This document shows positions 57,046 through 64,000 of a stretch of DNA of 64,000 bases, in pieces. Below the pieces are notes generated by a model, which had not been told where the DNA came from, searched no databases, and saw only the letters and a program-made list of their open reading frames with translations. The position numbers were made by a program, and so were the translations under genes. Each line of letters starts with the position of its first letter. The stretch's first letter is position 1. Source of the stretch: the human T2T-CHM13v2.0 reference genome, Homo sapiens; the NCBI RefSeq assembly GCF_009914755.1, contig NC_060926.1, one strand, 5' to 3'.

Positions 57046-59223
57046 AAGCTTACTATAAAGCTACAGTAATCAAAACTGTAGTATTGTTTTTTTTTTTAAA
57101 AAAAAAAAAAAAAGACAAATAAAAAAATCAAAAGAACAGAATAGCGGGCCCAGAAATTGACCCACATACATCTAGTCAACTGATCATTGATGAAAGAGCT
57201 AAGACAATACAATGTAGCAAAGGCAGTCTTTTTCAACAAATGCTGCTGGAACAGCATCCATATGCCAGAAGTACTTATGTACATCCATAGGCAAAACAAT
57301 GAATCTTGACACAGACCTCACATCCTTTGCAAAAATTAACTTAAAATGCATCATACACTTGAGTGTTAAATGTGAAACTATGCAACTGGAAGATCAAACA
57401 GAGGAAAACCTAGATGACTTCGGGTATGTCAGTGATTTGATAGATATAACATCAAGGGCATGATCCATTAAAGTAATGATTAATAAGCTGAACTTTAGTA
57501 CCAAGAGAATAACAGGACAAATAACAGACTTGGAGAAATATTCGTAAAAGATACATTTGATAAACAACTGTTATTCAAAATATACAAAGAACATTTAAAA
57601 CAACAATAAGAAAACAAACAACCCAGTTAAAAAATAGGCCAAAGACTTTAACAGACATATCAGCAAAGAAGATATATAGGTGGCAAATAAGCCTATGAAA
57701 AGATGCTTCACATCATATGTCATCAGGGAAATGCAAATTAAAACAATGAGATAATATTGCATGCCTCTTTGAATGGTCAAATCCAGGACACTGAAAACAA
57801 CAAATTCTGGTGAGGATGTAAAGCAATAATAACTCTTGTTTCACTGCTGGTATGAATGCAAATTGAAACATACATCACTTTATCATATGATCCAGCAATC
57901 GTGCTTCTTTGTATTTACTCAAGGGAGCTGAAAATGTATATTCACACAAAAGCCTGCACATAGATGTTTATAGAAGCTTTATTCAAAATTACCAACACTT
58001 AGAAGCAACCAAGAAGTCTATATAGGTGAACGAATAAATAAGCTGTGGTATAACCAGACAATGGACTATTATTTAGCACTAAAAGGAATTGCCTGTCAAG
58101 CAATTAAAAGACATGGAAGAAACATAAATGTATATTAGTAGTGAAAGAAACCAATCTGAAAAGGCTACATATTATATAATATGAGTCCAAATATATGACA
58201 TTCATAAGAGGCAAACCATGGAGATGGAAAATATATCAGTGGTTGCCAGGAGTTGAGTGGTGGGAAGGATGAATATGTGTAGCACTGAGGATTTTTAGGG
58301 CATTGAAATTAGTTTGTATACTACTATAGCAGGTGGATATACATCATTATACATTTGTCTAAACCCATAAAATGTACAACACCACAGGTGATCCCTAATG
58401 TAAACTAATCAACTTTGGGGGATAATGATGTGTCATCGATTGTAATAAATGTACCACTCTGATGGAGGATGTTGAAATGGAGGCTATGCATTTGTGGGGG
58501 CAAGGAGTACACAGAATATCTCTTTACCTTCCTCTCAGTTTTGATGTGAATTTTAAAGTTCTCCAAAAATATAGTGTAAAAAATAAAGGTAAAAATATTT
58601 ATTGTGACTGTCACTAACTTTCCAAATGTTTTTTTCATATTTTAGTAGAATTTTCCCCCTTTGTCCAGAAAGGAAAATTTATGTGGCTGAGAAGTACTTT
58701 ATCAAGCAGTTGAATAACTAACCTTTAAGAGGTGCACCAAAGAGAAAAGCTGCCTATTTCATTTTATCCATTGGGTTAAAAAACAGTAAAAGTATAAAAT
58801 GCAATATTAGTGATTTCTCACTTTTTTTAATATATAGGTAGGATTGGTATTCTTAGTTATGTTATGCCTAAGTTGGAAAATTGCCAAAGTATAGCTGAAG
58901 TCCCCAAGGCCAATGCAAGGAAGATAACAAGATAGTGACTCTTTTCTAGCCATCCAGCCAAAATCAATAGTGTTTTAGTGGAGCGTCCATGAGAAAACAA
59001 CTTGTCATGCCAGCAGCTAAGCAATATGTGTCAATGGACAGAAACTACTGCTTAGAAGCGGCAGCCCAAGGAGATGACAATTGTAGGCATGATTCCTTTT
59101 TGCTGGTAGTTTCAGGTCATTGATGCACAGTGTAATCTCTAATTTAAAAAGTAACACACAATGGTGTTTTATTTTCAAAGTTAGAGCTCTTTTGGGTTCT
59201 CAATGTGACCAGAGCAAGGCCTA

Positions 59224-59232
59224 ATATGTATA

Positions 59233-59318
<86 letters not shown>

Positions 59319-59372
59319 TATAGATATATATGTATGTGTGTGTGTGTGTATATACATGTGTATACACACACA
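59224..59372. repeat. Compound (TA)17-G-(TA)20 microsatellite with TG/CA flanks
   Basis: TA runs at 59241-59274 and 59276-59315; then (TG)n...tatacatgtgtata...(CA)n. Confidence 0.93.
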
Positions 59373-59500
59373 CTATGGTGCTTGGCTTTGTGGACAAAAG
59401 AAAAATGTACATTCAATTACTATTTTTCACATGATGTTGAATATCCATATGGTTTTTGCTGCTACATAAATTGGTAAGTTGATTTACGACCTGATAAAAG

Positions 59501-59730
59501 CAGCATAATGCAAAAATAAAAAGCATAGGTTCTGTATGCTGACTACTTGGGTTCAACTGCAGATTTCATCACTTTCTAGTTGTGTGGTCCATGCACAAGT
59601 CACTTAACCTTTCTGTGCCTCAGGTTCTTTTTACATAAAGGGGTAATAATATTGTTTATCTCGTAGTATTGTTATAAAGATTAAAAGAGATAATATTTCT
59701 TAAGCACTTAGATTAGTTTGTGGCTCATAT
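59501..59730 (+). mobile_element. MIR
   Basis: ttgggttcaactgcag...tcactttctagttgtgtggtcc...caagtcacttaacctttctgtgcctcagg...aagattaaaagagataat...aagcacttaga. Confidence 0.85.
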
Positions 59731-59732
59731 GA

Positions 59733-60003
59733 CACATACATCTTACAATCTACCAATTTAAACTGTACAATTTATTGTCTTTGAATACACTCACAGGGTT
59801 GTGCATCTCTCACCACTATCAATTTTGAAATTTTTAATTACCTAAAAAAGGAAACCTTGTACCACTTAGTCATAACCCTCAAGCCCCCATTCCTGGCCTT
59901 GACAGCCACTAAGCTACTTCCTGTCTCTATAGATTTGCTTATTCCAGACATTTCATATATATGGAATCATACAATATGCAGTCTTTTGTGACTGGCTTCT
60001 TTT
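59733..60003 (-). mobile_element. L1MB-type 3'UTR fragment
   Basis: tcacagggttgtgcatctctcaccactatcaatttt...ctgtctctatagatttgcttattccagacatttcatata...gtcttttgtgactggcttcttt. Confidence 0.8.
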
Positions 60004-60719
60004 AGAGGTTTCCACCAAATCCCACTCCCCCCAAAACTTAAAAAAATAAAAAAATTTTCCAGATTATTGATTTTAAAAATCACTTCTCAGCTAAGAAATG
60101 CATCTTTTTAATATACATGGTATTACATATACATATCACATTATATTTAAAATGTGTTTCATTACATTGTTATATTTAGTATACGCCAAAATAGAAAGCT
60201 GTCTTTAGATAATATATGAGACTTTTTAAAAGTCATCTTCCACAAATAATGCTTGCAAAAAGCCATGGAATTTTTGTTTATAGTGAAGTCATTAGCAGGC
60301 CCTCAATGAACTCATTTTAATTGTCATATTCAAAGGCAAGTAAGTGGCAGGATGTGACACCTCACCATCCTCTCCTCACTATTCTGAATGCCATTAGCAT
60401 TGACCCCTGTAACCTTTCACTGCACAATCACTATTTGGCCACAGTATGTGATGGCATGCTCCCATATTTTGTTCTGAGATAAAGACAAGGAGAAAAATAC
60501 ACTGATTCCATATACTACGTCATATGCACCTTCAATGTAGAAGCTGGTTATTTATATAACTGATATCCATATAATGCCTATTAGAGAAATTTACATAAAA
60601 TAAACCCCTATTTGGGCATTATTACTTTCTGGAGTATGTGAAGAAAATAATCATCAATGTTTACAAAGTTGACTGCCCCATATGGGTGCAAAATGTACAG
60701 TAGTCGCCTTGTCATTAGC

Positions 60720-61415
60720 TGTATTAATTTGCTAGGATAACCATAACAAAGTACCACAGACTCGGTGGTTTAAACAGAAGAAATGTATTTTCTCACAATT
60801 CTGGAGGCTGGATGATATGGTTTGGCTGTGTCTCTACACTCCCCATAAGCGCCATGTGTCGTGGGAGGCACCTGGTGGGAGGTAACTGAATCACAGGGGC
60901 AGTTTCCCCCATGCTTTCCCTGTGATAATGAATGAGTTCTCATGAGATCTGGTGGTTCTATGTGTCTCGCATTTCCCCTGCTGGCACTCATTCTCTCTTC
61001 TGCTGCCCTGTGAAGAGGTACCTTCTGCCATGATTGTAAGTTTCCTGAGTCCTTCCCAGCCACGCGGAACTGTGAGTCAATTAAACCTCTTTTCTTTATA
61101 AATTACCCAGTCTCAGGTATTTCCTTATAGCAATGTGAGAATGGACTAATACACTAGAAGTCTGAGATGAAAGTGTTTGCAAAGTTAGTTTCTTCCTAGG
61201 ACCATAAGAGAAGGCTCTATTCCAGGCTTCCCTCCTTGACTCATAGATGGATGACTTCTCCCTTTGTCTTTACATTGTCTCATTTCTGCACATGTTTGTG
61301 TACAAGTTTCCCCTTCATCACAAACACAATCACGTTCTAAAGTACATTATTGTGGTTTATGTTGTGCTATGACCACAACATGTAAATTTTAAGGGAACAA
61401 AATTTAGCCCATGAT
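60720..61415 (-). mobile_element. MaLR LTR (MLT1B/C-like) interrupted by THE1
   Basis: tgtattaatttgctaggataaccataacaaagtaccacagactcggtgg...ttctggaggctgga | ctagaagtctgagatgaaag. Confidence 0.8.
60813..61153 (+). mobile_element. Solo THE1 LTR (THE1C-like)
   Basis: tgatatggtttggctgtgtc ... gaactgtgagtcaattaaacctcttttc ... ggactaataca; 5-bp TSD ctgga/ctaga at 60808-60812 and 61154-61158. Confidence 0.92.
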
Positions 61416-61881
61416 ATTATCTTAATCTGCTTAGACTGGATACAGTAAAGATTTTGCTAACTGTAAAGTAAACTGTAGTTTATCTGAAATAAATGCATGG
61501 CTCTGCTGTCATTTTCTGGCAATATGACCACAAGAAGGTTAAAAAACACCTTCCCATATCTTTATTCTCAAGAATGCAAGGAACCAATATTAATATTGAT
61601 ACAATATTAATTGTATAACTATATATTGCCTTCATCTTTTCATATTTTACAGTTCCTCTCTGTACATTTGTTTCTCTTCATAAAGCCCTATGCCTACATA
61701 GGGTAGTACTTATCATTTTCCTTTTACAGATGTGAAAACCAGCTCTGAACTGTCAATTGACTTGCCTAAGCTGACAGGGCAGTTCAGTGATTTCCCAATA
61801 CCCTGGTTTGTTTTCTAATGACTACCATATACAATCTGATCAGTTGGTTATCAGCAGCTGCAGGAAGGGGAAATAAAAAGA

Positions 61882-62009
61882 GCAGGCTTGGTGGCTAATA
61901 CATGTAATCCCAGCACCAGAGGCTAAAGTGGGTGGATCGCTTCAGCGCAGGAGTTCTAGACAAGTCTGGGCAACATGGCAAGACCTCATCACTATTATAA
62001 AACAAAAAA
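61882..62009 (+). mobile_element. FLAM_C / Alu left monomer
   Basis: ggtggctaatacatgtaatcccagcac...ggatcgcttcagcgcaggagttctagacaagtctgggcaacatggcaagacc plus A tail. Confidence 0.8.
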
Positions 62010-62183
62010 CTCTCTTTTTCTTATTCTTAAACCCTCCTGAAATTGAACCATTGAATTTGTCTCTTTCCTTCCACAAGAAACAGGATATTAGAAGGTAAGT
62101 TGAAGAAAATCTATCTAAAGTTGTAAAATTGAGGTATAATTATATTATTCTCCTCTCCTCCTGAAGTTGTCTGGGACTGTGAA

Positions 62184-62586
62184 TGTGGTAGCAGAATAAT
62201 GGTCTCTCAAGTATTTCCTCACCCAAATTCCTGGAACATGATGCTACATGGCAAAAAAAAAAAATTAAGATATCATATACAGTAAAAATTTCTATTAGCT
62301 GACACAGAGAAAAATTATTCAGGGTTATCCAGGTGTGCCAAATATAATCACAAGACTCTTTAAAAGTGTAAGATGGAGGCAAAAGAGAAACCAGACTGAT
62401 GTGATTTGAGAAGGACACAATCCACTGTTGTTGGCTTTGAAGACAGAGGAAGAGAGCTATGTGTAAAAGAATGCTGTCACCTTGATGGTGGATGTTGAGT
62501 CTCCAGAACTGAGAGAAAACAAACTTCTGTTGGTTAAGTACTCAGTTGGTGATATTTTGTTATGGCAACCTGAGTAGACTCAGACA
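62184..62586 (+). mobile_element. MaLR 5' LTR (MLT1D/E-like)
   Basis: tgtggtagcagaataatgg...gggttatccaggtg...ttggctttgaagacagagg...ttttgttatggcaacctgagtagactcagaca. Confidence 0.8.
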
Positions 62587-63755
<1,169 letters not shown>

Positions 63756-63759
63756 CTTA

Positions 63760-64000
63760 ACTAAGTATCCAGTTTCATCGCTTTGAACTTCTACGTCCCT
63801 CAACACACTAGAACAGAATTCAGCAAAGTTCTTTACCACTTTATAACATGGATAGAGTTTTCTCTAATTTCTAATAATTTGTTCCTCCTTTTGGAATGAA
63901 CTGTCATCAGAATTATCATTAATGTCCATTTTCCTACCAACAGTGTCTTTGAGGCAAAGTGGCCTTTTTCTAACATGCACCTCAAGACTCTATCAGCGTC
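63760..64000 (-). mobile_element. MaLR internal sequence, opposite orientation, runs off the window
   Basis: Reverse complement gaggtgcatgttagaaaaagg...ctgttggtaggaaaatggacattaa...tgttataaagtggtaaagaactttgctgaattctgttctagtgtg resembles the MLT1-int 5' region. Confidence 0.65.

Noticed and set aside
59144-59477. Poly-(IY) ORFs on both strands
   Set aside because: Translation of (TA)n.

Overview
Primate (human-like) AT-rich, repeat-dense intergenic or deep-intronic DNA. I recognise no protein-coding exon, RNA gene or CRISPR array. The supplied ORFs come from Alu, L1, LTR or microsatellite sequence, or are short chance ORFs. Content: about 20 Alus (8 AluY-like) plus 2 FLAMs; several decayed L1 copies, two with 5'-inversion (twin-priming) junctions; two solo ERV9/LTR12 LTRs, each inserted inside the left arm of an Alu with a perfect 4-bp TSD; an MLT2A solo LTR carrying a minisatellite; several MaLR LTRs (MST, THE1, MLT1), one with internal sequence; MIRs; and MER81. 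The strongest signals not explained by known repeats are a perfect 26-bp inverted repeat with an 11-nt loop (37774-37836), a young 47-bp tandem repeat inside an old L1, and several clusters of nested short inverted repeats that look like template-switch scars. I do not see a convincing new biological system. The most testable ideas are the LTR12-in-Alu pattern and the hairpin. Subfamily names are assigned by eye from recalled consensus sequences, and boundaries of old elements are approximate.
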